Source: Marsupella aquatica (Eukaryota; Plantae; Marchantiophyta). From it: DNA of 64,000 nucleotides. The DNA lies in NCBI GenBank assembly GCA_973895155.1, contig OZ316893.1, positions 16,708,645 through 16,772,644 on the forward strand, in the 5' to 3' direction. The notes beneath the pieces are model-generated. The model made no database searches. It was not told the DNA's origin and saw nothing but the letters and a program-made list of their open reading frames with translations. Made by a program: the position numbers and the translations under genes. Numbering within the stretch: the stretch's first letter is position 1; each line of letters opens with the position of its first letter. This document shows positions 49,334-63,497 of this stretch, piece by piece.

Positions 49334-52300
49334 ATGCAGATTCAAATGCCGGTCCTCTCAGCGTATTGTACTCCAACCGCCGGCTGCAGCTGCTGCCTTG
49401 CGCCGGTGCGAATCAAGACCTTGTCTGCTACGAAAAAAATTGGAAATAGTTGCGGGGAATTCAACTTTAAAACTGCTGTCTATTCCAAATGGAAGGCAGG
49501 AGCTGCTAAGGGTAGGAAAACCCCCTTTAAAGGATTGGAGGGAGTTTTAGCTGAAGACAATAAGAGCTCCGAAGATGGAACAAGCGTATTGGTGGACGCG
49601 AATCCTGGAGCTACAGGAGCCACGGTGCGCGATACCGCCAGCAAAAATGGAGCAGAATTTGGATATGACGGTTTTTTTGATTCGGATAATCGAAAGTGGG
49701 TTGAGATTGAGACTGGGCATGGGTCAGAGAAGGAATTGGTTAATTCACTGAATACCGATTGGGGAGCGAAAGGGGGAGAGAATGCTTACAGCAAAAGTCA
49801 GGGTGGAGATTATTGGGAAAATTTTGAGAACAGGGAAAGGAAAAATGGAAAGGAAGCATCGATTACAGCCAGTGAAGGGACTACACGGGGCATGGGAGAT
49901 GAGGGGAATACAAGATTCAGGCTTCGGAATGGCCGGGAGGTATTATCTCCTTACCACCGAATTTCATAGACGAGTCGTAATCTGGAAAGGTTGAAAATCC
50001 AAACCTGTAATACTCGGCAGCGTAGGAAAGTTTGTAAATCCAAACCTTTGGTACTCGACGGCGTAGGGAGAACTATTTATTAACTCGCTTTTGAATTCTG
50101 ACGGGTATGCTTGGCTTAGGGAAAGCACTCACGTAAATAAATGGTCGTCGTATAGGTGTTTGAAGAGAGAGCCTACATGGTGGGCATTGATAGAAAAGGG
50201 GCTGGAGGGAGAGCTCTCTTCGGCATCCAGGACTCTCTGGAAGAGCTCGCACAACTGGTTGACACGGCCGGACTTACCATTGTCGGATCAACTTATCAAA
50301 AGTAAGTATTGCATGTGACTCCTGCATCTCCTATCCATGGGGCTCTTGGAGGTTTTCGCAGCCTTTTTACGACAAGAGAAGAGCTTTGGTAATTAAGCAA
50401 ACCAATATATCGTCAGTATTTGTTCCGAACTTGTCCCCTGAATTTAATATGCCGTGAATTTATATGCAGATTGCAGAACCCTAACCCAAAGACCTACATC
50501 GGTGGCGGTAAAGTAGCAGAACTGAAAGCAGCGATTCAGGCTTTCAAAGTGGAGACAGTTATCTTTGATGACGAGCTGTCACCAGGGTACATATTTGAAC
50601 GTCAATGATACTGCAAGTTCCTGCAACAAGAAACTGTGCATCTGTTTTGACTACTGTCTTACGCTCTGCTTTCACTTTGCAAGACAAAGCAGCATGGTGC
50701 TTGTTGTTCTGACTAATTCTGTAAACACGATTCCACTCTTCGCCGGAAGTTCTTCAAGCTAGATAGATGTAAAGTTCTTATGTTTGTTGCTGTAGCCGTT
50801 CAAGAAACGTTGCCCAGACGGATCTATCAACGCTTTTCAACAAACAAATTGGAGGGACTCGAGAGTGTCGGGTGGGATGAAAGATATTTTGAGACTTTGA
50901 TGCAGGCATTTTATGAATTCTTCTTCGCTAAATGACAGAAATGTATCCAATCTTAGACAGGCGAGAAATCTGGAGAAAGCATTTGGGGATGATGTGCGTG
51001 TCTGCGATCGAACTGCACTGATTCTGGACATATTTAGTCAGCGTGCTGCAACTCGTGAGGCGACCTTACAGGTACTCTTTCATTCTACTGAGAACACACT
51101 TAGTCTTTATGTCTGCGTTTGTTAGTGCGCAGAGCCACTTGGACTTCTCCTTGCCTTGACATTTAAAATTTCCTCTGAGATTAAGTGTCTTGAGGCAAAA
51201 CCTTTCTCAACGGTTAGATGTGCTAAATTTGGAAAGCCCGCCGGGAAAAGATTCTCTGATCGGGCTGTATTACAATTCCTTTGTAGGTAGAGTTGGCACA
51301 ATTTGAGTATCAACTCCCACGATTGACGAAGTTATGGACTCATCTTGAGAGGCAAGCTGGAGGTCTCGTGAAGGGTATGGGAGAAAAACAGATAGAGGTG
51401 GACAAGCGAATCCTCCGGACTCGAGTAAGTTTTTATAGAGCATTAAGCATACCCTATTGAATCATTGCTTCCTTGAATAGATGTGGTAGATGCATCAGAT
51501 AATATCTTCAGATCGGCTTCACTTCCGACTGATTTCTTTGCGTTAGCTATGTAATTGTCGCTTAATTACCAGCACCCCCCTTGGGTTATAGGTTGCTTTC
51601 TCACTTATGGTCATTGTTTACTGACTTGATTCTCATTTCAGGGTCAACAGCAACAACTTTTGAAAAGGTTCAGAAGTGGAGATGTGAATTGTCAAACTAA
51701 CCATGTGTTGTCTCCCGATTGTTTGGTTTTTACTTCAGATTGCAGCTATAAGGAAAGTTCTTGAGTCGGTTCGTGAACATCGACAACAATATCGGGATCG
51801 TCGAGCAGATGTACCCATACCAGTGATATCATTGGTATGTACCCTTTATAGAAGCTTGCAGATTAGTCACTCTTCTTTTTGTGGAAGCTGTTTTCTACAA
51901 ATAGGCCCTTCAAGCCCTATAGCTTCTAACTTGGTCTTGGATTATATCAGGTTGGGTATACAAATGCTGGTAAAAGTACATTTTTGAATAGGCTAAGTGG
52001 TGCAAATGTGCTCGCGGAAGATCGTTTATTTGCAACTCTTGATCCAACAACCAGGCGTGTGGAGGTATGTTCATGGAATACCTTGCAGCATACCTTACCG
52101 TTTTCGTGCTATGCAGTCCTATGTACTTCGATTTTCTTAAGTGTGCAAGCTTCAAGCATCGTTCTTTAGGCTTAACATGGTTTCGTGTATTGCATCTTCA
52201 GTTACCAAATGGAAAAGAGTGTCTTTTCACTGACACTGTGGGTTTTATCCAAAAGCTCCCTACACAGCTGGTAAGCGGTGTAAGTACCTGGTCAAAGAGT

Positions 52301-54187
52301 GACGTTCTCTTCTTCCAGGTTGTGTAAGATTCAGGGAGGACAATCACATCCCCGCAGTACACTAAATACCGTGCACATTGCAATGGCCACCGGGGCTTTC
52401 TAGTTTGCATGCCATGCTGTTTTACCTGATTAGGAGTGCTGTTATCATCAGCATGATGGTGGTCACGATTGAATGTCATCCTATGGGCCTGGATTGTGAT
52501 TACATTGGACGTGTTACTCTGATCTGTTATCTATTCGGGCAATCTAATATCTAAAGACAAAAGCAATGTCTCCAAGAAACAGGTTGCAGCTTTTCGTGCC
52601 ACACTGGAGGAGATCACTGACTCATCACTGTTACTGCACATGGTAGACATAAGGTGTGTTTAATTTCTTCCTGATTGGCTTTTCGCTGCGCTCTGTCTAT
52701 CTGGATGTCGCAACGAAGTTATTGCATGTGCAAGGTCGTCATAGGCGACAACCAATTCCGACTCATGGAAAGTACTGAAACTTCACTGCCGGCTTAACAC
52801 AGCACGGTGTGCCGGTGGATCTGGCAAATTTTTGCGTCGTGGGTTAGTAGTAAACATGCGTTCTGTTTAAAGGTAGTCGAACACGATTTTTGTAGAAGAT
52901 TTTTATTATAAACTTCGGACATACTGGGACAACATACACTGATGGCCTCTAAAATGCAGTCATCCGATGGCAACTCAGCAAATCGAGGCTGTGAAGAGCG
53001 TGTTGGCTGAACTGGATGTCAGGCACATACCCACGCTTACTGTTTGGAACAAGGTTAACTCTCGGCTCCTTTATCATAAATCATAAATATGGATAATTAG
53101 GGGGAATGTTAAATTCACCGACACATTTACTCAATTCATCCCGACCAATGCTCTTCCGTTGACTTAGCATGAAGGCATACCCTCAGATTCTGCCACATAA
53201 GCATCCTCGGGTGATTTCAGTGATTCGGGTTGAATTTAGTAAATCCCTGGGATGGATTTAACATTCACTTTCTCTGGACACATTCTAAATTCTCCATGAG
53301 AATTCAAATTTTGTGCTTGTTTTCTTCCAACATAAGAAAACATGGAATCGCGAAATTTGTCTTTGACCAGTTTCGTTTTCAAGAAAATCTCTACGATTTG
53401 AGACAAATTTTGACAGTAGGGGTATTTTGTTGCAATGTACGGATCAGATCGACAAGGCAAAAGATCCCCAGCGCTTGCGAGCAGAGGCGGCTCAAAGGGA
53501 TGATGTTGTATGCATTTCAGCACTCACAGGAGAGGGCATGGACAACTTTTATGAAGCTGTCGAGCAAAGAATAAAGGCCAGAACCGTTCTTCTCCTTCGG
53601 CTGCGATATCATATATTCTGTTCATTATACTGTCCGAAAACGTTCGAAACAATAGGAATGAACTCCGCCAGACCCCTTTAACAAGAATTGGGTTTATGCT
53701 TCAGAATATGACGTACTGAGGGCTTTGTTTTAAATATTGAATGCAGGATATGATGGTGTGGGTTGAGGCTGTCGTGCCGTACGCGCAAGGAGATCTCGTT
53801 AGCATTGTCCATCGGCTTGGTATTGTTGATCAAGAGGTCATTGTAATTCTCTCTGGACAACTCTATCAGCCCGGCAAATGAGAGCTATACTTGAGAGAGA
53901 GACTCTGTTGTATTCTTTTGAAGAACCTGTAGAGTGAAATTTGGGACACGGAAAATCGAATTGAGATGTTCAGAAACCTTGTATTAATCAATTAATACTG
54001 TGGTTTAGTTGGAGGTGTGTTCAAGTCAGAACGACTTCTTTGTGCCAAATTCCTACCCTCTCTCATACTCATGTTCGCATTATTTCACTGATTGCAGGAG
54101 TATACAGAGCAGGGAACTTTACTAAGAGCTTATGTTCCACTTGCTCTTTCAAGACAGCTGCTTCCATTGCGGCAAGCTTACATTTGA
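49334..54187 (+). CDS. hflX: GTPase HflX, chloroplastic; 13 exons: 49334-49939, 50156-50301, 50470-50586, 50957-51071, 51287-51424, 51739-51834, 51951-52064, 52202-52270, 52583-52653, 52960-53053, 53448-53576, 53747-53836, 54098-54187
   Basis: Splices into an open frame with [74 protein letters not shown]; transit-peptide-like N-terminus. Start codon choice is less certain. Confidence 0.95.
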
Positions 54188-55069
54188 TTCCTGTGTTACT
54201 TCACCACTTGCAATTGTAACTTTCAGATTTTAATTTTATGCAACTTTAAAATGCAAATTCTAGTTCTGTGCATCCGAAAACGTGGGTCCACGCTTAATTT
54301 TGAAGCCTCAACGGCCCGTCTCCATATTCCGTTTATTGTTTACTACAGTAGGGTGTTTCAATTGGTGGAAAGAGTTGCATTCTCGTGCTTAGAGGGTTTG
54401 GAAAATGTAACGCAGAAGTAAAGGTGCTTATAACCCCAAATGTCAAGGGCACTTTCCAAGAATATCTTGAGGCAAGTGGAACTTGGAATGGTCGCATACA
54501 AGATCTTCCAGTATTGCTGAATTTCGCTAAACGACTACTTATCGGATATGACGTCCTCCAGCCTGATGGGACTAAAGACTTGTGCAGTAACAAATACTTT
54601 CAGTCCTCATTGCTTGGCTTACCTGGGGCACATGAAAAACTTCCAACCAGAACCCAGTACATCAAGAACTTAATGTATACTTTGGAGTATCACGTGCGAT
54701 CATAGTCTAATATAAACACAACTATTTTATAATGGGAATATTTTTAAAATATTTTCTATTTTTAATACTAATGATCTATTTTACTTTATAAAAAATATAT
54801 ATTAGAGAATATTTTACAAATATAGATTTATAATACCTTCTTTTGCTTATTATGTTTTTAAAAATTTAGTTAATTTATATGAAAAATATCTATTTTGGAT
54901 CGCACATGGTTCCTAAGATTGTTGATAGTCAACCCCCCGAGGGTTCTTTGGTCGAGAGTCGGCGTTCAGGAGTAGATTGATGCAACTTCAGCGTCGAAAT
55001 GTATTCGTCGTAAGAGCTGGGGTGATCGGTATTTTGTGTTGTTCGTCTTTCTTGGCCGTTGCTTGGTGT

Positions 55070-57627
55070 GTATGCTCCCCCTGAATTCAAAGATTTCTTG
55101 AACTGGTTTCTTCATCATTCTTGTAAGAGTGAAGTAAAGTTGCGCATCCCTAAAGTTTTGGTAAGTTCACTGTGCGTGATAGGAGGTAAAGCTTTTGTGA
55201 ATATGTTGGCAGAGTTCTGTTGACTAGGGATCCATTGTACTTCGATCTGTTTATGTGGTTCTTCATATGTAAAGAAAAATTTTGGAGCAATATGTTTTGT
55301 TTTATCACCTTTGATGTATCCTGTGGCTATCTGTTTGACGCATGGTCTATTGTCTTCGTAAATCATAGTGGGTGAAGTAAGTTTCAACATACCTGTGTTG
55401 TCTAGAATGTAGTCTATTACTGTGCGTAGCCAAAGGCATTCGCGGCTAGCTTCGTACAATGTGATTATTTCTGAATGATTAGATGATGTTGTAGTGAGAG
55501 ATTGATTGGTGCTCTTCCAAGAAATTGTTGTAGGTCCAATGAGAAATACGTAGCCTGTCTGGGATTTTGCATATGTAGGGTCGGATAAGTATCCTGCGTC
55601 TGCATATCCATAGAGTGTAATGTCGATGTCTGATGGGTAGAGTAAACCAAGATCAATTGTTCCACTCAAGTAGCGGAAGATTCGTTTAAGCCCATTCCAA
55701 TGTCGTATGGTGGGCTGTGAGCTATGGCGTGCTAGCAGGTTCACTGCAAATGCGATGTCCGGCTGTGTTTGGCTTGCCAAGAACATGAGAGCGCCTATCG
55801 CAGATAGGTAGGGCTTCTCAGAGCCCAGTAGGGGTTCGTTCTCTTCTCTTTTTCGGAAAATATCTTTGTCTCGATCCAGTGAACGCAGGTCCATTGGAGA
55901 TTTTACACTCTTTGCGTGAGCATTTTGAATGTTTTGAGCGTGTATGTAGATTGGTGGAGAAGGATACCTTGAGGTAAGTGCTCGAACTGTAAGCCAAGAT
56001 AGAATGTTGTCTTTCCCAGATCTCGCATTTTGAAAATACGTTGGAGCAGTTTGATTGTTTCTAGCATTATCTTGCTAGTGCCAAACAAGTTTAGATCATC
56101 AACGTATATTGCTATAATGATCAGTTCTTTTCCTTCTCGTTTGATGAATATGCATGGTGCAACATCTGCATTTGTAAATCCCATGGCTATCATCTCTGCT
56201 TGAAAGCGTTGATACCAGGTTCGTCCGCTCTGTTTCAGCCCATACAGTGAGCGCAGTACTTGAATTGCAAAGCGGATTTGAGCTATACAAGCTTTCGATC
56301 TTATCACTGGCTTTGGAGAAGCCTTATATGCATATGTCTGTGATGTGTTGTGTAGCACATTATGATTTGTGTGGCCAAAAGGGCCAGCTTCTTGGCTTTT
56401 CGGTAAGTTCTCCCCTCACTATGGTATTTAAGTCTATTTATCAGCTCAGGCGGAGCCTCCATCTGTATGTTCTTGTCAAGTTTTCCATACAGGTATGCGG
56501 TCACTATATCCAATTGATGCATGGAAAGTTTATAGTGTATTGCAAATGCTATGAGGTACCTGTAGGTGATGATATCCATCACTGGGGAATAAGTCAAGTC
56601 GTAATCCCTTCCTGGGATTTGGGTAAATCCTCGGGCCACAAGTCGTGATTTGTATCTCACTATTTCACCTTTTGCATTTCGCTTCTTCACAAAAATCCAT
56701 TTGTATCCAGTCAGGTGGGTTTCATGTGAAACCGGGGAAATCTGTCCGAATACTTTACGTGATATTAGTGAATCCAATTTGGAGTTTATGGCTGATTCCC
56801 ATTTTGTCCAATCGTGTTGTTTTTGAGCCTCCAGGATTGTTTTGGGATCAGGTAAATCTTCAATGATATCTTGTGATGTTTGGAATACAAACGTATGATC
56901 CAAAGGTGTGGTCCGCCGATCCCAGATTTGTCCTGTATGTTGATAATTGATGGCAATTTCTTCATGTTCGAGATGCATAGTTTCAGATATCTCTGCTGTC
57001 GGTGGGATTGATGCTGGCTGTATGTTCTCCTCGGAGCGCCTCTGCCTTGGCTGCTTATCTGTTGTTCCAGTTGGTCTCCCACATCTGACTCGAGGTTCTG
57101 TTTGATTTGCCGTTGGATCCAGGTGCTGTATTCGGGACGGAGTGTTCGCTGCTGGGATGTGGGATCTAGTCACTTTAGCAGCGTCTGCGAAAGCATCAGG
57201 GAGTTGATCCATCATTCTTGTAAGGTGCAGTGTGCGCTGAATTTCTGAATCTGCTTGTTGTGTGCGAGGGTCATTCCAAAATCCAGTCTGGATTTGCCAT
57301 CGTAAATCTTTAGGTAATTTGTGTCCATGGGTTTTCGTCACCTCCAACTTTGGGAAAATAGTTTCATAAAAATGGCAATCAGCGAAATGTGCTTTGAATA
57401 CGTCCGCTGTTGATGGCTCCAAGTAGCGGATAATGGCTGTGGAGTTAAAACCCACATAAATGCCAGGTTGGTGTTGTGGTCTCATTTTTGTCCTCTTAGG
57501 CCCCAATATTGGGACCAATACTTGACAGCCGAACGTTCTGAGATGTGAAATGTTCGGGGAAGAACCAAAAGCTAAATTGTATGGTGTACTTGAATTAAAA
57601 GCCGATGGTCTGTATTTCAGTAATGTA
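55070..57627 (-). mobile_element. second Bianca-type copia fragment (integrase C-terminus, RT, RNase H)
   Basis: Paralogous to 29504-32150 (LRTFGCQVLVPILGPKRTKM, RYKSRLVARGF, LYGLKQSGR, IYVDD, YADAGYLSDP); cut at 57627 by a TG-starting insertion; no LTR found. Confidence 0.92.
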
Positions 57628-60600
57628 TGTGAGCCGCTCAATTAGTGGGTTAAATTAGTTTTAGGTTAGATTTTTTCTTTTTTGTTCTAAGTAAGCATAT
57701 TATGCCTGTAAATGAGTGGGAAGTAGAAGTGAAACTGAAGTAAACTCTCTTCAGTAAAGCAGAGTAAGAAAGTTTAATTAGTTTAAATCACGGTTAACTT
57801 AACAGTGGATTAGTGGATTAGATAGGTAATCAGATCCTTAGAGTTTGTAATTTAGGCTGGGATTTTTTCTGAAGGTTCTAGGCAGGCCCTGGAGAACCCT
57901 TGTAAAAGTGCAAGTCATTTCTACCGTTCAATTAGAAGCTATTTACAGTGGAACAAAACTTAAAATAGCCAACTTGCAGGACCTAGGGAAAATAGCCATA
58001 GAGCAAAAAATGTATTTTGAAGGCTAGCCATGGTGTTACTATACCTAACACTATCCCTTAGAATTACAAAACCTAGTTTTGGACTTATAGATACTTTTTG
58101 GGAGTGGTCCGAATTCTGTAAAAGTAGCTATGAATTATGACGGATTGCAGACTTTGAACAATTATAGAAAAGCCAAGTTTAGTTATATATCAATTCTAAG
58201 AATTGTTTTAGGAAGCCCTAGGGCTAGGAAAGCCAGGAGTATGTTCATAATAGTTTTTTTCTAATGAGTGAGTTTTGAGCTATAGGCGAAGATGGCTAAT
58301 GTTAAATGCCATAAGTAGCACTTAAAGGGAGACTTAAAGGGAGGAATGTTCTTTGTGCATACAAAGGGGTAATTCAGCTGCGTAGAGAAACGTGGTGGAC
58401 TCATTTACATCTGTAAAGGGCAGGGTTACAATGTAAAAGAGCTAGCTAAGGCCAGGTGTCGAGCCCAGAATTCAATAGAGCAAAAATCAAAGTGAAATTG
58501 AAGGGAGAATGGAGCTCAACGCTGCAGCTGAATGGAGAGCCAATACTCCACCAAATCAAGTAAGAAGAACTGGGCTGGAATGCTGGGCTCAAGGAGAATC
58601 AGAAGACCTGAACTAGAAGAGGAAATTCTGGAGTACGAATTAAAGGAGGAGATAGAAGGGAAAGCAAAGGCTGGAAGGGAAATTAATAGAGAAGATTGAA
58701 ATTTCTGAATCAGAGAGAATATTTTACAGAAAAGAGAAGTCATCGACTGCTAACAAGGGGGCTCTTCAGGCAAAATCAACTTGCATCTTCTATAGGGGAA
58801 CTTCGAGGTGGCAACAGTGGACAGCTAGAAAACCATTTCCTCAGCTAGGGTGATTGACAAGAAATCCGAGCTGTGGCCCTTAACTTCAGGAATTGAATGC
58901 AGAATCAAGTCCATAGAGATATTTCTGAAATTAGAATGGCTGCTCTTTGGACTCAAGAATTGAATGCAGGATCAAGTCCATAGAGATATTTCTGAAATTA
59001 GAATGGCTGCTCTTTGGACTCAAGAATTGAATGCAGGATTAGTATCAAGTCCATAGAGATATTTCTGAAATTAGAATGGCTGCTCTTTGGACTCACAAAT
59101 TGAATGCTACCAAGGTCAACCGACAATCGAGAGAAGAACACATGGAAGGGAGATATTTTTGTGAGAATGGAGGGCTGGTATGAACAGAAGCACCAGCCAG
59201 ACTTCCTTCAAATAAGCCACGATCCCTTCAAACAAGTTCAGTTCTCTAAGTCCTAGCTTAGTTCTCTCCTTGCTCCAAACTGAATCAAGCAGTTGACTCT
59301 ACCATAGATGGGAAGCATTCATTCTCCTATTTCCATGAGTTCTTTCTCTCCGTTCACCCATGCACTTACTGTCAAGACCAGGGCTTATATTTCACAGGAG
59401 TACTGGGCCTTTACATTTGTAGTCTCACGGGGTTCCAATACCTAGCTTGCTCAAAGGTGGACAAGAGGGGCAGAAGTTCAAATCTGAGGGCTAGGTTTCA
59501 CCAAGGTGTACCTCAAGCATTTCAGAGAGGACAACCAGATTACCAAGCCACTAACCAGTACGGTAAGGAGGTACCATGCTTGGTCATTCGCAAGGCCCTA
59601 ATCGGATTGGTGAGGCCTGGAGAAGGGCTCTTTCATGTCAAGGGGACCTAGGCTGGTTCTGGAGTCCAGGAATAAGGAGGGTAAGGAGTGGAGTCCTTAA
59701 AGCCAACATGGAGGGTACCTAAGGACCTGAGTTACATGGAGACTTTGGAGGAACTTGGAGGGCCATTGGAAGTTGATCCCTCTACTATTTTTAGAGCTAT
59801 TTGGTAGATAGGGATGACTGTACTTTGGAGGCTGACTTAGTCCCTGATTTGGAGGGATAGGACAGCCAAGTCAGGAGGTGAGGTGGACCTGAATGAAGGG
59901 CTAAAATCAAGGAGTTGATTTAGGCTTTCAAAAGGCCACCAACTAGCTCATTAGTTAGGTAAGACAAACAAGTGAGTTAGTGAGATAGTTAGGAGGATAA
60001 GTAAGGATCTTTGACCCCCTTGAAAGGTGGGCTGGTCTTTTTTAGTGATGAGTCACTTGCTGGCCTTTGGGGTGGTTTTGGACTTTGTGATGAGTTGGAG
60101 CCAAGCAAGGAGTACTTAAGTTGGTGTGAGTTACTTTGTGTGGGTCCAAGTATGGAGAATCAAGGAGTAGCACTAAGAGACCTTAGGGGAACTAAGGTAG
60201 ATGTTCTAGGGGTACTAGAACTCAAGTGTATGCCTTGAGGCTTGAAAGGACCATAGTGTTAAGTAGTAGGAGTTGAAGAAGCTAAAGTATAGCAAGTAGG
60301 TAGTGACAACCTACCCATGTACTTCCTTTGAAATTCTTATGAAATTTCAGCACATTTCTGGGAAAGAAATTGTTGATGTGCACTCATCTGAAATCTTGAG
60401 GCCCTTGTGGTCTAGCATGTTGCTCATATGATTGTTGTGAGTCCAGAAGTCTTCTCTTCGGGAAAGGGAGACCTAGATTAGTTGTCTTGCCGGGTAGGGG
60501 GACATTTCCAGCGGTGGAAACCAAAGAATACCCATTTCCGGTGACGGAAACCAAATACATCTGCACAGTCTCAAGGAGAAGCAAAGGCTTAATGGAAATA

Positions 60601-60650
60601 GAGGTAGTTCCTTCTTATGGAGCGTCCCTCCCGTAGTTCCTGGTGATAAA
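57628..60650 (+). mobile_element. large LTR-like non-coding insertion (right end unresolved)
   Basis: Begins TGTGAGCC exactly where the copia integrase breaks; contains an internal tandem repeat; matching TSD (atgta) and CA end not found. Confidence 0.55.
58890..59107. repeat. 67-bp tandem repeat x3
   Basis: Units begin gaattgaatgcag at 58890, 58957 and 59024. Confidence 0.9.
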
Positions 60651-60688
60651 GAGCTATCAAGTGCAAGCTTTTAGTACAATAAGGCTTA

Positions 60689-63200
60689 TTAGCTCATAAG
60701 CGAGGGTCTAACAGAAGGTATATCTGTCCTTGCATGTCTTCTCTTCATCAAGAGAACCTCTCCCAATTGAACTTTATTCAAGATAGAGGTAATGTCAGAT
60801 TCTTGCGCCCCCTCAAATACCCTGAATGTCGTCTCAGTAAGCTGCTTTGCTTCCCTCTTCTTCCCAGTCATCTCTCCATTGTTGTCAGGCAAACTACCGG
60901 ACAACCAACTATTGCAGACCGACATCCACAACTTATAGAGGCTCTCCGATGCGGAAAGGATCCAGTTGTATTCGCTGATGCTACTCACTTTCAGTGTGAC
61001 TTTGGCCAACCCTTCATAATCCTGAAACCCAACAACAAATGGTAAGAACAACACAGTAAACCAAACCTTTGGAGAAGGTATCTTAGAGCCAAGCCTCGGA
61101 TTCTACACGAGGCTCGTGTGGATCACAAAAGAAATTATGGTGTCAACAAGAACGGACCTGGAATTCCTGGGATTTTTGCCCTGACGGCACTGGCCGCACT
61201 GGTCGATTCATTTTCGAATATTGCATTCTCGCATGCCTGACCTGGTCAATGAATGGTGACAAGAAACAATGTGCTTCAGCTTGCAAGTTATTTGCATGTG
61301 AAATCTCAACCAACACCTTAACAGGTGTCGACCCCTTGAGAATTCTTGCACGACGGAATTTGAGGAGGTTGGTAGTTTCAACCAGAGATGGCTGTGTCCG
61401 AGAACTCCAAATGATTTTCCTCGCGGCCATAGTCAAGTGTTGACCACTTATTGCAAAATATTGATACTCAGATAATTGTTTAGAATCAAAATCTTTGACG
61501 GAAAGATCGATAAGACTGTAAACACCATTAATCATCTTGTAAGGCACCAGATCTGCAGGCAAACGTTCCTGACCGGCATTTGAAATCATCAACTGAACAA
61601 GATGGTTGACATGGTCTTTGTTGAGTAACCGCTCATTCATTTTTTCCGACGGAGGATAGATATTCATCAAAGGAACGAGGAAAATTTTTGACAACCCAAA
61701 AGAATACCAGCATCGGTTTTGCTACAAAGTCTTTTCTACCCTCTCAAGTCTGGCTTGATCAATGATTACTTTAGAACTCGAGTCAGCATTCATCTCTCCC
61801 ATGTCATCCACGACATCCATCTCAATCATCTCCACTTTCTTACGTTGTTTCTTCGGGATTGGGACACCGGTTTCCGGTGCCTCTTCTGTTCCCTCAGTCT
61901 CTTTTTTGCGGCCCCTTCCACGCTTGGAATTCTCCGATCTTGTCACCCCATGGTCTGTGGATACGTCTTGCACTTGAGTATTGACCTTTTGAGATTTTGA
62001 GGGCACTTTCTGTTTCACGACAGCGGAAGGTGTTGTAGTGGAAGCCTTACGAGACAAATCCTTCTTAATGACACCTTTTGATACGGGTTTTGCTATCTCT
62101 TCCACAATTGCCTACTTCTTTTGAGCCTTCTTCCTGACAGCCTTCTTTTGTTCTGGCATTTCGGCCGCTTTAATCTTCTTCTGTGGTTGTTTGGACTTTG
62201 CAATCTGTGGCCCTTTCACCTCAATAGAGCTAGTGCGGATTTTTGCCTGAGGGACATTAGCTTTCCCAACCTTCTCTAGAAGAGCGATCTTTGAAGACAA
62301 TCTCTTCTTCTTGGAAGGAGGAGCATCTTCTTCCATTCGCTTTCTTTTGTTTTTCTTCTGCACCTCCATCTCAGTCTCAGAGTCCTTTTCCTCTTCAGCC
62401 TCTGAGCCTCCCACTTCCACGAGTTCTTCAACCATGACTTGGATCTCATCTTCAAAGATCTCCTCTGTTCCAACCAACTCAGGACTCAAAGAGTCACTGG
62501 GAACAATGCTCGGTTCATCTGATGTACCCTATGAACTTGATGATCCTGAATCTGAACTCGATGACGATCCAGGTTCATGTACAACTTTGCTTGCTTTGAG
62601 ATTTGGGCCACCACCATGACGTCCGTGCCTTTTCTGATTCAAATTGAAGGCCTTCACTACACGATGGGTCGCAACCCAACGTTTAATCCTTTCCTTGTCA
62701 ACTGGATCTGGGAAAGAAATTTCCGGAACGATCTTGATCTCCTACCGGAGTTCATCTTCCGGTAAAGATAGAGACATGACATAAACAACATGCCTGGTTG
62801 CAGAAAGGTGAGATTGATAATCTTTGAAGAACAAAAAACTAACCCTTCCCAGCCCTGAAACAATATCCTCAGCAGTGAGAACATTATCTGGATCCATGAA
62901 ACGATGAGTGGAAGGATCAAAAAATCCCAAGGACGTTATGTTCATTGGCGCAACAATATTGTTCAACGGCAAGAGAGAACTCTCTATATCCACACATTAA
63001 CGCGGTCCTCCACCGTCACTGTCAGAAAGACCTTCCCCTTCTGGTGCTCTGGTGCTTTTGAAATCCTACAATCGGCAAGCACACCCAAGTACTTCCAAAA
63101 CCTTTTGGGCTTGGCAATAACGATCCCCCGCAACCAACACCTCCAAGCGTCACCCTCCATACGCATTTCAAAAGACCATGAATTGATGATTGGATTTCGG
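60689..63200 (-). pseudogene. intron-containing gene with acidic/basic linker and ParB/Srx-like domain
   Basis: NERLLNKDHVNHLVQLM...PADLVP...YFAISGQH..MAAR...ANN; GT-AG phase-0 intron 61157-61022 (CAG|GTCCG...TTTCAG|GAT); several in-frame stops upstream. Confidence 0.6.
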
Positions 63201-63497
63201 TGGCTAATAGTGCTTCGACTTAGCGGTTGCAGTAGGCACGGGTGGCTGAAACAAACATACGGGAATCCTAGGAAAGAACCAATACGGAAGATTTAGAACA
63301 GAGTCCAAGATGTCAAAACAAATGCCAAGATTTTATTATTCACAAAAATGGACAATCCGTCCAGAAAACAACTCATTCGACCAAAATGGACTTTGCCCGC
63401 TCGACTACCATCTTCTAAAGTTGGGGCACATATTCATCTGGGTGCCTCAAACTCCAACTAAACAACTCGTCTAGTACTAAGTCTTGACAGATGAGTT

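Noticed and set aside
54385-54705. 106-aa ORF downstream of hflX
   Set aside because: No ATG start or recognisable motif; cannot be supported.
60640-61090. Met-PBS-like strings tggtgataaagagc and ggtatcttagagcc
   Set aside because: Poor match to TGGTATCAGAGC and not preceded by a CA LTR end.
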